The notes below the pieces were generated by a model. The model was not told the DNA's origin and searched no databases. It was given only the letters and a program-made list of their open reading frames with translations. This document shows, in pieces, positions 9,686-18,798 of a stretch of DNA of 64,000 nucleotides. Source of the DNA: Dehalococcoidia bacterium (lineage in GTDB: Bacteria > Chloroflexota > Dehalococcoidia > UBA2979); contig OZ244720.1 of the NCBI GenBank assembly GCA_965219085.1, forward strand, positions 448,001 through 512,000. Reading direction: 5' to 3'. Each line of letters starts with the position of its first letter. Position 1 is the stretch's first letter. The position numbers and the translations under genes were made by a program.

Positions 9686-10327
9686 CTAGTCGCCGCCCTC
9701 GTCCTCCATGCGGCGTCTGCGGTCGTCCAGCGACTCACCCCTGTAGTGCCAGTACAACGGGCCCGCAGCACTCCACTTGTCAGTCCACGTGATTCCGTGT
9801 CGTTGCATGATTTCGGTGGCAGCAGCGGAGAGCGAGGTCTCCTCACCCTCGAAGGTGATCCTGTTGTGCGAAGCCACCGTGGCGCTGAAGGGCTCCCCGT
9901 CGTTGGAGATCTCCCGGTACTGGAATTGTAGTTCGGCTCCGGCCTCGATGCCGACCATGTCGAAGTTGAACCGCTCGCGCTTCTTGCGGGCCTTGTTCAA
10001 CGCGAGCCGTGCCTCCTCGTCCTCGACCACATCGGAACCCGGAGTGACGTCGCGACCGCGCGTGAGGCGTAGCGCGGCCTCCACGCGGTCGGCACTGACC
10101 TCGAAGAACTCACGGTTGCTGCGGACGCGGCGATCGCCGAACACATCATGAAGCAGTCGCTCGGTCTCCGCGGCGTCGTCGACTTCCATCGCCACGACGC
10201 ACTCGAACGGCACCGGAACGCTCGTGGTGTCGAGAGAGCGCAGCCGCTGCTCGATGTTGGTCGTCCGCCCGATCTTCACGAGGTCGGGCATCGCCGGGTT
10301 GGTGAGGCAGTAGACGATCCCGGTCAT
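9686..10327 (-). CDS. GIY-YIG (T5orf172/MUG113-type) nuclease with RAMA-like C-terminal domain
   Basis: GIVYCLTNPAMPDLVKIGRT, VPVPFEC, E.LLH.F...RV..NREFFEV; C-terminal SLSAAA...YW.Y.GESLDDRR. Confidence 0.8.
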   Translation of the reverse strand: MTGIVYCLTNPAMPDLVKIGRTTNIEQRLRSLDTTSVPVPFECVVAMEVDDAAETERLLHDVFGDRRVRSNREFFEVSADRVEAALRLTRGRDVTPGSDVVEDEEARLALNKARKKRERFNFDMVGIEAGAELQFQYREISNDGEPFSATVASHNRITFEGEETSLSAAATEIMQRHGITWTDKWSAAGPLYWHYRGESLDDRRRRMEDEGGD

Positions 10328-10380
10328 GGCGGTGTCCCCCGTGCCAACTGCTGTTGGCGCGTGATGGTACGCGGCGGGGG

Positions 10381-12912
10381 TCAATGTGCCTCGGCGACGA
10401 TGCCCGCCTCGGCGCGCTCGACGAGGGCCCGCAGCGTGTCGAGGTCGGCGGCGGCAAGCTCGGGGTCGGCGTCGAGCATCGTCTCCGCCTCGCGCCGCGT
10501 CGCTTCGATGAGGCGGCCGTCGAGCAGCGAGGCCACGCGCAGCGAGGGGATGCCGGACTGGCGCGTGCCGAACAGCTCGCCCGGCCCGCGCAGCTCGAGG
10601 TCGGCCTGGGCGAGATCGAAGCCGTTCGACGTGCGGGCGACGAGCGACAGGCGCTCCTCGGCCTCCGGCGAGGGGTCGTCGGCGAGCAGGAAGCACGTCG
10701 AGGGATGTTCGCCGCGCCCGACGCGGCCGCGGAACTGGTGCATCTGGGAGAGCCCGAAGCGGTCCGCGCCCTCGATCACCATCACCGTCGCGTTTGGCAC
10801 GTCGATGCCGACCTCGACGACGGCGGTCGAGACGAGTACGGCCACCTCGCCCGAGGCGAAGCGCTGCATGACGGCGTCCTTGTCGCGGCCGGACATCCGG
10901 CCGTGCAGCAGCGCGATGCGGTCCGCCAGCTCCGGGAACTGCTCGCCGCGCAGCCGCTCGTACTCCTCGGTCGCGGCGCGCGAGATGACGGCGTCCGAGC
11001 CCTCGACGAGTGGGCAGATCACGAACGCCTGCCGCCCCGCGGCCACCTCGGCGCGCACGTGCTCGAAGGCGGCGGGGCGCTCGATGGGCGTGAGCCAGCG
11101 CGTCTCGATAGGCGTGCGGCCCGGTGGCATCTCGTCGATCGTGGAGATGTCGAGGTCGCCGTAGAGCGTGAGCGCGAGCGAGCGCGGGATCGGCGTCGCG
11201 GTCATGACGAGCAGGTGCGGCGTCGGTTTGCGGGGCGCTTCGAGGGCCTCGACCTGCTCCTCCTCGTCCGGGACGCCGCGCAGGGCTGCGCGCTGCATGA
11301 CGCCGAAGCGGTGCTGCTCGTCGACGACGGCGAGGCCGAGCCGCTCGAAGTCGACGCCCTGCTGGATCAGCGCGTGCGTGCCGACGGCGATCTGGGCGCC
11401 GCCGTGGCGGATCGCGTCGAGGGCCGCGCGGCGCTCCTTCGCGCGCTTCGAGCCGGTGAGCAGCACCACCTGGAGCGGGTGTTCGAGGAAGGGCAGCGCG
11501 ACGACCCCGTTGAGCGGTGGCTCGGGTTCGCCCGACAGCAGCTTGCAGACGGTGCGGAAGTGCTGCTCCGCGAGCACCTCGGTCGGCGCCATGAGCACGG
11601 CCTGGTGACCGGCGGCGACGGCGGCGAGCATCGCCGCGAGCGCGACGACGGTCTTGCCCGATCCGACATCGCCCTGCAGCAGCCGGCCCATTGGCTGCGA
11701 GCGCCCGAGGTCAGCGAGCACATCGTCGAGGGTGCGCCGCTGGGCGGCGGTGAGCGCGAACGGTAGCGTCTCGAGGAACGCCCCGGCGGTGGCGCGGCCC
11801 TCGAAGACCGGCGCGTCACCGTGCTGCTCCCGCTCTCGCTTGCGCCGCACGACGCTGAGTTGCACGGCGAGCAGCTCGTCGAAGGCGAGGCGCTGGCGGG
11901 CCTGCGCGAGCTGCGCCTGGTCGTCCGGGTAATGGATCTGGCGCGTCGCCTCGACGATGCCGGGCAGGCGCCGACGCTCGCGCAGCTCGGCGGGCAGGGG
12001 TTCGCGCATGCGGTCGGCGAAGCGTTCGAGGAGGTCGGCGATCGCCTCGCGCAGCGCGCGCTGCGGGAGGCCCTGCGTGAGGTGGTACACAGGCACGAGG
12101 CGGCCGGTGTGGCGGAGGTCGTCAGTGATGCGCTCGTACGCCGGGTTGTCGAACGTCGGACGCCCGCGGTAGGCGCGCACGCCGCCGGCGACGGCGATCT
12201 CGGTGCCCGGTGGCAGTTGCTTCGCGAGGTATGGCTGGTTGAACCACACGACGCGAATGCGGGCGCCGCTCGCGTCGCTGATCGTCGCCTCGGTCGCCTG
12301 CATGCGGCCGCCGCGACCCATGCGAATAGCGCGAGCGCGGTCGATGGTGCCCCGGATCGTCTGCTCGTGGCCGATGCGCAGTTGCGAGATGGGCACGGTC
12401 TTCGAGAAGTCGTGGTGCCGGTACGGGTAGTGCCGCAGCGCGTCGGCGATGGTGACGACGCCGAGCTTCTCGAGGCGCGTGAGGTGCGCCCGACCGAGCT
12501 TGGTCCCCGCCTGCGCAACCGGCAGCTCGAGCGCCTCGGGGCCTGGCGGGATGGCGACGGTCGGGGGGCGCCGAGGAGCCCTCGATGCGCCGCGCCTCGG
12601 TGCGGCCTGCTTGCGGGCGGAGGCGCGACGCGGGCTCCTGGGGCCGCGGCCCTTGCCCGCTCCCTCGGCCAGGGCGTGAGCGACGGTGGCGCGCGCGCGG
12701 CGCAGCCAGGCACGACGCTCCTCGGCGTCGAGCGAGCGATAGCCGGTCGCGGGGAGCGCCCCGACCATGCGCAGCAGGGGCGAGTTGGGCGGCTCGTCGC
12801 GGGCTTGCAGCCGCAGCATCTCGTCCAGCCCGCCCTCGACGAGCGCGTCGGTGCAGCCGGCCTCCAGTTCCCGCTCGAGGACCATGCCGAGCATATCGAG
12901 GTCTACGGTCAC
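10381..12912 (-). CDS. recG: ATP-dependent DNA helicase RecG
   Basis: LLQGDVGSGKT, MAPTEVLAEQH, VVDEQHRFG, MTATPIPR, QFRGRVGRG, DLELRGPGE. Confidence 0.97.
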   Translation of the reverse strand: MTVDLDMLGMVLERELEAGCTDALVEGGLDEMLRLQARDEPPNSPLLRMVGALPATGYRSLDAEERRAWLRRARATVAHALAEGAGKGRGPRSPRRASARKQAAPRRGASRAPRRPPTVAIPPGPEALELPVAQAGTKLGRAHLTRLEKLGVVTIADALRHYPYRHHDFSKTVPISQLRIGHEQTIRGTIDRARAIRMGRGGRMQATEATISDASGARIRVVWFNQPYLAKQLPPGTEIAVAGGVRAYRGRPTFDNPAYERITDDLRHTGRLVPVYHLTQGLPQRALREAIADLLERFADRMREPLPAELRERRRLPGIVEATRQIHYPDDQAQLAQARQRLAFDELLAVQLSVVRRKREREQHGDAPVFEGRATAGAFLETLPFALTAAQRRTLDDVLADLGRSQPMGRLLQGDVGSGKTVVALAAMLAAVAAGHQAVLMAPTEVLAEQHFRTVCKLLSGEPEPPLNGVVALPFLEHPLQVVLLTGSKRAKERRAALDAIRHGGAQIAVGTHALIQQGVDFERLGLAVVDEQHRFGVMQRAALRGVPDEEEQVEALEAPRKPTPHLLVMTATPIPRSLALTLYGDLDISTIDEMPPGRTPIETRWLTPIERPAAFEHVRAEVAAGRQAFVICPLVEGSDAVISRAATEEYERLRGEQFPELADRIALLHGRMSGRDKDAVMQRFASGEVAVLVSTAVVEVGIDVPNATVMVIEGADRFGLSQMHQFRGRVGRGEHPSTCFLLADDPSPEAEERLSLVARTSNGFDLAQADLELRGPGELFGTRQSGIPSLRVASLLDGRLIEATRREAETMLDADPELAAADLDTLRALVERAEAGIVAEAH

Positions 12913-13772
12913 GTTGCGGTGGCGGGGGAGCGCTCCTGGGCGGTGACGACGGCGCAGGCGAGCATGCCGGGGCCCGTGTGGACGCCGATCGCGGGCCCCA
13001 CCTCGCCGGTGATGAGCTCGGCGTCGGGCGCGAGGGCGCGCAACTCCCCCGCCAGATCCGCGGAATCGCCGGGGCTGGCGCCGTGCGCGGCCATCATCTG
13101 CTCAATCGGGGCCAACTCGGACACGCGACGCAGCATGTCGGCCACGGCCTTGCGCCTCGTGCGTACGCGGCCGGCCGCCTCCACTTCGCCGTCGCGGATC
13201 GTGAGCAGGGGCTTCACCCGCAACAGGGTGCCGATCGCCGCGCCCGCCCGTCCGATGCGCCCACCGCGCTGGAGGTACTCGAGCGTGTCGAGGAGGAAGA
13301 AGGTGTGCGTGCGGCCGAACTGGGCCATCGCGAGGTCGCGTACCTCATCGAGGCCGGCGCCGCCCGCGGCCGCCCTCGCGGCGGTGATCACGCCCAGACC
13401 CATCGCCATCGTCGCGAGCGCGGAGTTGATGCACTCGATGCGTACGCCCTCCACGCCCTGGGCGCCCTGGCGCGCCGAGCCGAGGGTGCCGCTCAGCTTC
13501 TCGGAGACGTGGATCGACAGGATCTCCGTGGCCCCCTCGGCGGCGAGCTGTTCGTAGGCCGCACGGAACGCGCCCGGTGCGGGCTGTGACGTGGTCGGGA
13601 GCACGGACTCGCGCCCGAGACGCTCGAAGAAGCCCCGTGACTGGATGTCGACGCCGTCGAGGAGTTCCTCGTCGCCGAACAGCACGCTCGCCGGGACGAC
13701 GGTGATGTTGTGCTCGGCCGCCAGCTCCGGGCTGAGGTCGGCGGTCGAGTCGGTGACGATTCGGAGGCTCAC
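12909..13772 (-). CDS. DegV family fatty acid-binding protein (FakB-like)
   Basis: IVTDSTADL, PTTSQP, SEKLSGT, LQRGGRIG, GVHTGPG. Confidence 0.93.
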   Translation of the reverse strand: MSLRIVTDSTADLSPELAAEHNITVVPASVLFGDEELLDGVDIQSRGFFERLGRESVLPTTSQPAPGAFRAAYEQLAAEGATEILSIHVSEKLSGTLGSARQGAQGVEGVRIECINSALATMAMGLGVITAARAAAGGAGLDEVRDLAMAQFGRTHTFFLLDTLEYLQRGGRIGRAGAAIGTLLRVKPLLTIRDGEVEAAGRVRTRRKAVADMLRRVSELAPIEQMMAAHGASPGDSADLAGELRALAPDAELITGEVGPAIGVHTGPGMLACAVVTAQERSPATAT

Positions 13773-13803
13773 GATGACTGGTCCATCCGCGTACGCGCGC
13801 TCG

Positions 13804-15417
13804 TCATTCGACGCCTGCGAGGTAAGGGTAGTGCGGCTGTCCGCCCATGACCACCTCGACTTCGACGCCGGGGTGGGCCGCCTCGATCAGGTCCGGCAGG
13901 CTGTACGCCGCGCTCTCGGGTGCGTCCGCGCCGAGGATGAGCGTGACGATCTCGCCGTCGTCGCCGATGGCCTCGGCGAGGCCGATCATCAGCGCTTCCT
14001 CAGGCGTCTCGGTGCGGGCCTTGAGCGTGCCGTCGACGAGCACGATGGAGTCGCCGATCCGCACGGCGACCCCGTCGACGGTGGTGTCGCGGACCGCCTC
14101 CGTCACCTCCACGTTGCGCACGGACGTGGCCGCCTCGGCCAGCTCCGCAGCGAGGCCCTCGAGGTCCTCGCCCGGCACGAACGCGACCGCGGCGGCGAGC
14201 CCGGCCGCCACTGACTTCGCGGGCACGACGGTGATACGGTCCGGCTCCTGCGTCGCGGCCTGCTGCGCCGTCATCACGACGTTCGAGTCGTTGGGGAGGA
14301 TGAAGGTGTGCTCGGCGCCGGCGCGCAGCGCCGCCTCCAGCACGTCGCCGGCGCTCGGGTTATTCGTCGCGCCACCGTCGACGATGCCGGTCGCGCCGAG
14401 GTCGCGGAACGCGATCCGGAGCCCGTCTCCCTGCACGACGGCGACGAGGCCGACGGGGGGAGCGTCGCCCGCTGCCTCCTCGTGGCCCGCGGCCCACTCG
14501 TCGTGCTGGGCCTGCATGTCCTCGACCTTGACGTTCTGCAGCTCACCGTAGCTCGCGCCGGCCGCCACTGCAGCCGCGGGCGTCTCCATGTGGACATGCA
14601 CGTGGAGTGTGCGCGTGTCACCGACGACCAGTAGCGACTCACCACCCGCCCCCGCCAGCTCGTTCGCAAGCGCGTCGCGGTCCAGGTCCTGGCCGCTCAC
14701 CAGGTACTCGACGCAGAAGCCGTGACCCTCGTGCCCTACGCCCTCGAGCTGGACGGCGCCGACGGGCGCCTCCGGCGGCGGCGGCAACTGCTCGCCCATG
14801 ACGCCGAAGCGCAGCCCCTCGAGCAGCACGGCGACGCCCTCGCCGCCCGCGTCGACGACGCCGGCGTCGCGCAACTGCGGCAGCAGCTCGGGCGTGCGCT
14901 CCACGCTGTCGCGCGCGGCGGCGACGGTCGCGTCCAGGACCGATGCCAGCGACGGGTCGGCCGCCTGGTTCGCGACGGCGCCCTCGGCGGCCTCGCGCAT
15001 CACAGTCAGCATCGTGCCCTCGACGGGCGTGGCGACCGCGGAGTAGGCCGCCGTCGCGGCGGATTCGAGCGCACCGAGCAGTTCGGACGGGCCGATGTCG
15101 GCGTTGCCCTCGAGGCTGTCGGCGAGCCCGCGCACCATTTGCGAGAGGATCACGCCGCTGTTGCCGCGCGCGCCCAGCAGAGCGCCCTGCGCCATCGCGC
15201 CCGTGAAGTCGCCGACGTTGGTGGCAGCTCCCTCGTGCTCATCGGCGGCCCGGCGCGCGGCGCGCAGGGTGAGCAGCATGTTGGTGCCGGTGTCCCCGTC
15301 GGGGACGGGGTAGACGTTGATCGCGTTGATAGCCTCGCGGTTCAATTCGAACCACTCCAGTGCGACGTCGAGCGCGTCGCTGAACGCCTCTGCGTGCAGG
15401 CGCTGTGGTGGGGTCAT
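13804..15417 (-). CDS. DAK2 domain protein (fatty acid kinase FakA/YloV-like)
   Basis: INVYPVPDGDTGTNM, GARGNSGVILSQ, PVEGTMLTV, GVVDAGG, GGQPHYPY. Confidence 0.93.
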   Translation of the reverse strand: MTPPQRLHAEAFSDALDVALEWFELNREAINAINVYPVPDGDTGTNMLLTLRAARRAADEHEGAATNVGDFTGAMAQGALLGARGNSGVILSQMVRGLADSLEGNADIGPSELLGALESAATAAYSAVATPVEGTMLTVMREAAEGAVANQAADPSLASVLDATVAAARDSVERTPELLPQLRDAGVVDAGGEGVAVLLEGLRFGVMGEQLPPPPEAPVGAVQLEGVGHEGHGFCVEYLVSGQDLDRDALANELAGAGGESLLVVGDTRTLHVHVHMETPAAAVAAGASYGELQNVKVEDMQAQHDEWAAGHEEAAGDAPPVGLVAVVQGDGLRIAFRDLGATGIVDGGATNNPSAGDVLEAALRAGAEHTFILPNDSNVVMTAQQAATQEPDRITVVPAKSVAAGLAAAVAFVPGEDLEGLAAELAEAATSVRNVEVTEAVRDTTVDGVAVRIGDSIVLVDGTLKARTETPEEALMIGLAEAIGDDGEIVTLILGADAPESAAYSLPDLIEAAHPGVEVEVVMGGQPHYPYLAGVE

Positions 15418-15525
15418 CGCCTCGCCGTTCCTTATCTCCGATAGCGTGTCTTCGGGCTCAATGCTACGCTCTTAATCCCGATCGCGGATAACGAACGATT
15501 ACGTTCGTCACGAGGATGGTTGGCG

Positions 15526-15783
15526 ATGGCCTCCGGCAAGTGTGACCTCTGCCCGAAGCGCACGACGTTCGGGCGCAACATCCGCCACAAGCACTCCGGC
15601 CGCTGGGAGCGCAAGGCCCCCCGCACGAACCGCGAGTTCCGTCCGAACGTCCAGAGCAAGCGCCTGCTCATCGATGGCCGCATGCGCCGCGTCAACGTCT
15701 GCACGCGCTGCCTCCGCACGCAGCTCAAGCGCATGGCCGCAGGCAAGCCCGCGATCCCCGAGGGCGCGCTCGCCAGGGCGTAG
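15526..15783 (+). CDS. rpmB: 50S ribosomal protein L28 (Zn-binding form)
   Basis: KCDLC..FGRNIRH..RTNREFRPNVQ..VCTRCLR; divergent from DAK2. Confidence 0.95.
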   Translation: MASGKCDLCPKRTTFGRNIRHKHSGRWERKAPRTNREFRPNVQSKRLLIDGRMRRVNVCTRCLRTQLKRMAAGKPAIPEGALARA

Positions 15784-15831
15784 CACCCGCCCCTCCCACC
15801 TCCTGTCACATGTGACCGGCGACCTCGTCGC

Positions 15832-16512
15832 CTACGGCGTGCGTCCGATGGCCGCGCGCAGTCCGGCGATCGCCTCTGCCGGGGTCTCGCGGTCGTTGTA
15901 GACGGCCGAGCCGGCGACCAGCAGCGTCGCCCCTGCCTCGACGCACATCGAGGCGTTGTGGGCCTTGACCCCGCCGTCGACCTCGATCACGAGCGAGGCG
16001 CCCGCGGCTTCGGCCATCCGCCGCAGCTCGCCGACCTTCGGTAGCTGGTCGACGAGCAGCTCCTGCCCGCCGCGGCCGGGGTGTACGAGCATCACGGTCA
16101 CCATGTCGAGCGCGCCCACCCACGGTTCGAGGCTCGACGCGGGCGTCGGCGGGCTGATAGCGATGCCCGCCTCGCAGCCGAGTTCGCGCGTGCGCTCGAT
16201 CGCCCGCTGCGGTTCAGGTGCGGCTTCGAGGTGGAAGATCAGCCGGTCCGCCCCCGCCTCGGCCAGCGGCGCGAGTTGGTCGAGCGGGTTGGTGACCATC
16301 ATGTGCGCCTCGACGGGCAGCCGCGTCGCACGGCGTACCGCCTGCAGCACGAGCGGCCCGAGGCTGAGCTGCGGCACGAAGTGCCCGTCCATCACGTCGA
16401 TGTGCATCACATCTGCGCCGCCGGCCTCGGCCGCCGCCACGTCTTCGGCGAGGCGGCCGAAGTCGGCCGTGAGGATCGAGGGTGCGATGAGCACCCGCTG
16501 CTCGCCGCTCAC
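15832..16512 (-). CDS. rpe: Ribulose-phosphate 3-epimerase
   Basis: IAPSILTADF, HIDVMDGHFVP, IEVDGGV, VAGSAVY; GTG overlaps argH stop. Confidence 0.95.
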   Translation of the reverse strand: MSGEQRVLIAPSILTADFGRLAEDVAAAEAGGADVMHIDVMDGHFVPQLSLGPLVLQAVRRATRLPVEAHMMVTNPLDQLAPLAEAGADRLIFHLEAAPEPQRAIERTRELGCEAGIAISPPTPASSLEPWVGALDMVTVMLVHPGRGGQELLVDQLPKVGELRRMAEAAGASLVIEVDGGVKAHNASMCVEAGATLLVAGSAVYNDRETPAEAIAGLRAAIGRTP

Positions 16513-17942
16513 GCCGCCTCCTCGCGCAGGCGCGCCCGCGCCGCCTCGCGCTGCTCGGCGACCCGAGCCGGCGCGGTGCCGCCGGTCGCGCTGCGCGCGG
16601 CCAGCGAGGCCTCGATGTCGAGCGAGAGCACGTCCTCGCCGAACGCGGGGTGGGCGGCGCGGTAGTCGTCGAGCGTCAGCTCCTCGAACGTGCGGCCTGT
16701 TCGCTCGCACTCGGCAACGAGGGCGCCGACGGCCTCGTGGGCTTCGCGGAACGGCACGCCGCGCTGCACGAGGTGGTCGGCGAGGTCGGTGGCGAGCGCG
16801 AAGTCGCCGCCCGCGGCCTCGCGGCCGCGCGCGGCGTCGAAGCGCAGCGTGGGCAGCATGGCGGCTACGACGGCGAGCGTGGCGAGCAGTGTGTCGACGG
16901 AGTCGAACAGAGGCTCCTTGTCCTCCTGCAGGTCGCGGTTGTAGGCCAGCGGCTGGCCCTTGAGCAGCGTCAGCGCCTGCACGAGGTTACCGATGGTGCG
17001 GGCGCTCTTGCCGCGGGCCAGCTCAGCGACGTCCGGGTTGCGCTTCTGCGGCATGATGCTCGACCCCGTCGAGAAGGCGTCGTCGAGCTGCACGAGGCCG
17101 AACTCGGCCGACGCCCAGAGCACGATCTCCTCGGCGAACCGCGACACGTGCACCATCGTCAGCGCGGCGGCTGCGTGGAACTCCACGACGAAGTCGCGGT
17201 CCGAGACCGCGTCGAGCGAGTTGGCTGCGACGGCGTCGAACCCCAGCTCGCGCGCCACGAACGCCCGGTCGATCGGGTAGCCGACACCGGCGAGCGCGCC
17301 CGAGCCGAGCGGCAGCACGTTCGCGGTCGAGCGCGCGGCGCGGAAGCGCGCGGCGTCGCGGGTCAGCATCTCCTCGTAGGCCTGGAGGTGGTGCGCGAGC
17401 AGCACCGGCTGTGCGCGCTGGAGGTGCGTGTAGCCGGAGATCACCGTCGCCGCCTCGCGCTCGGCGAGGTCGAGCAGCGCGCCCCGCAGCGCCGCGAGGC
17501 GCTCGCCCACCTCGTCGCAGGCGGCGCGGACGAACATGCGCAGGTCGGTCGCGACCTGGTCGTTGCGGGAACGCGCGGTGTGGAGGCGACGCGCCGGCTC
17601 GCCGATGCGCTCGGCCAGCGCCGCCTCGATGTTGAGGTGGATGTCCTCGCGGTCTTCGCGGAACTCGAAGTCGCCGGCGGCGATTTCGGCCTCGATCGCC
17701 TCGAGGCCGGCGGTGATGGCGTCGCGGTCGGCGTCGGAGATGATGCCCTGCGCGGCGAGCATCCGCGCGTGCGCGAGCGAGCCCGCGATGTCCTCGCGGT
17801 AGAGCCTGCGGTCGAAGGCGATGGAGGCGCCGTACGCCTCGGCGAGCGCGTTGGTGGCGCCCTCGAAGCGGCCGCCCCAGAGCTTGGCCTCGCCGTCCGG
17901 CGCGGGCTGGGCGGGTGGAGTCGTGTCGCTGTCCCCGGTCAT
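16509..17942 (-). CDS. argH: Argininosuccinate lyase
   Basis: KLWGGRF, LHTARSRNDQ, GYTHLQRAQP, STGSSIMPQKRNPD. Confidence 0.97.
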   Translation of the reverse strand: MTGDSDTTPPAQPAPDGEAKLWGGRFEGATNALAEAYGASIAFDRRLYREDIAGSLAHARMLAAQGIISDADRDAITAGLEAIEAEIAAGDFEFREDREDIHLNIEAALAERIGEPARRLHTARSRNDQVATDLRMFVRAACDEVGERLAALRGALLDLAEREAATVISGYTHLQRAQPVLLAHHLQAYEEMLTRDAARFRAARSTANVLPLGSGALAGVGYPIDRAFVARELGFDAVAANSLDAVSDRDFVVEFHAAAALTMVHVSRFAEEIVLWASAEFGLVQLDDAFSTGSSIMPQKRNPDVAELARGKSARTIGNLVQALTLLKGQPLAYNRDLQEDKEPLFDSVDTLLATLAVVAAMLPTLRFDAARGREAAGGDFALATDLADHLVQRGVPFREAHEAVGALVAECERTGRTFEELTLDDYRAAHPAFGEDVLSLDIEASLAARSATGGTAPARVAEQREAARARLREEAA

Positions 17943-17988
17943 GGTTCGAGGCTACATCGGGGCCCTGCGGCGTGCGAGCGGCCGAGCG

Positions 17989-18438
17989 TCAGGCGCCGGG
18001 GCGGAGGTCGCCGAGGTCGATGATCCGGCCCGTGGCCCGCCTGAACGTTCGGATCATGGCGCGGTCGGCCGTGATTACGGAACAGCCGTTCCGTATCGCA
18101 AGCGCGACGTAGAGGCAGTCATATACGGCATGGCCGAAGGCAAGCGACAGCTCGAGCGCCTGAATTGCGAGGCCGGTTGACGGGACAAGCGAGGGAAGCG
18201 TGAGGACAAGCCGATCCAGGGCGTCTCGCGCTTCATCCGGGGCGAGGTCGTCTCTCAGGTGAGAGCGCGCCCACAGCGCATTCGTGACCTCGGGGAGGTA
18301 TGCGTCCGGCGCAAGGAGCTGCACTTCGTCTCGCCGAGCCCGGGCGAGAAGGGCGATCGCGACTTCGGAGTGCTCTTCGGGCAGCACCCACTTGAGGCCT
18401 ACACATGCGTCGACGACGAACTGGCTCGCAGTAGTCAA
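17989..18438 (-). CDS. Type II TA toxin, VapC/PIN family
   Basis: FVVDACVGLKW..EEHSE, EVTNALW, VYDCLYVALA, VITADR; TTG start overlaps antitoxin stop. Confidence 0.88.
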   Translation of the reverse strand: MTTASQFVVDACVGLKWVLPEEHSEVAIALLARARRDEVQLLAPDAYLPEVTNALWARSHLRDDLAPDEARDALDRLVLTLPSLVPSTGLAIQALELSLAFGHAVYDCLYVALAIRNGCSVITADRAMIRTFRRATGRIIDLGDLRPGA

Positions 18439-18689
18439 CGATCGCGGAATTCGCGGATGATCGGCCAGCTCTCGTCGAGCAGTCCACCGTGCCGCTCCTC
18501 GATGCGAGCTCGCAGCGCGTTCATTTCGGGGATCACGTCCTGAACGCGCTGTTGCCACTGTCGTCGTTCGACGTGCTCCTGCAGCGCCACGCGCACCACG
18601 GCGTTCACGCTCGTGCCGCCCTCGGCCGCCTCCTCGCGGAGGGCCTCGATCACGTCTTCAGGGACGTTTCTGACGGTGAGTTGCGACAT
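18435..18689 (-). CDS. FitA-like ribbon-helix-helix antitoxin
   Basis: MSQLTVRNVPEDV..L...A...G.SVN..VR..L; C-terminal IIREFRDR. Confidence 0.85.
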   Translation of the reverse strand: MSQLTVRNVPEDVIEALREEAAEGGTSVNAVVRVALQEHVERRQWQQRVQDVIPEMNALRARIEERHGGLLDESWPIIREFRDR

Positions 18690-18798
18690 AGCCTGCCTCG
18701 AGGCATGCGAAACGACTACCGATATGTAGGCAGTATGCATGCGCTCGGAAGCCCTGACAACCCTGCTGTCGCGCCGGCGTGCTCTGACCCAGGTTCGG

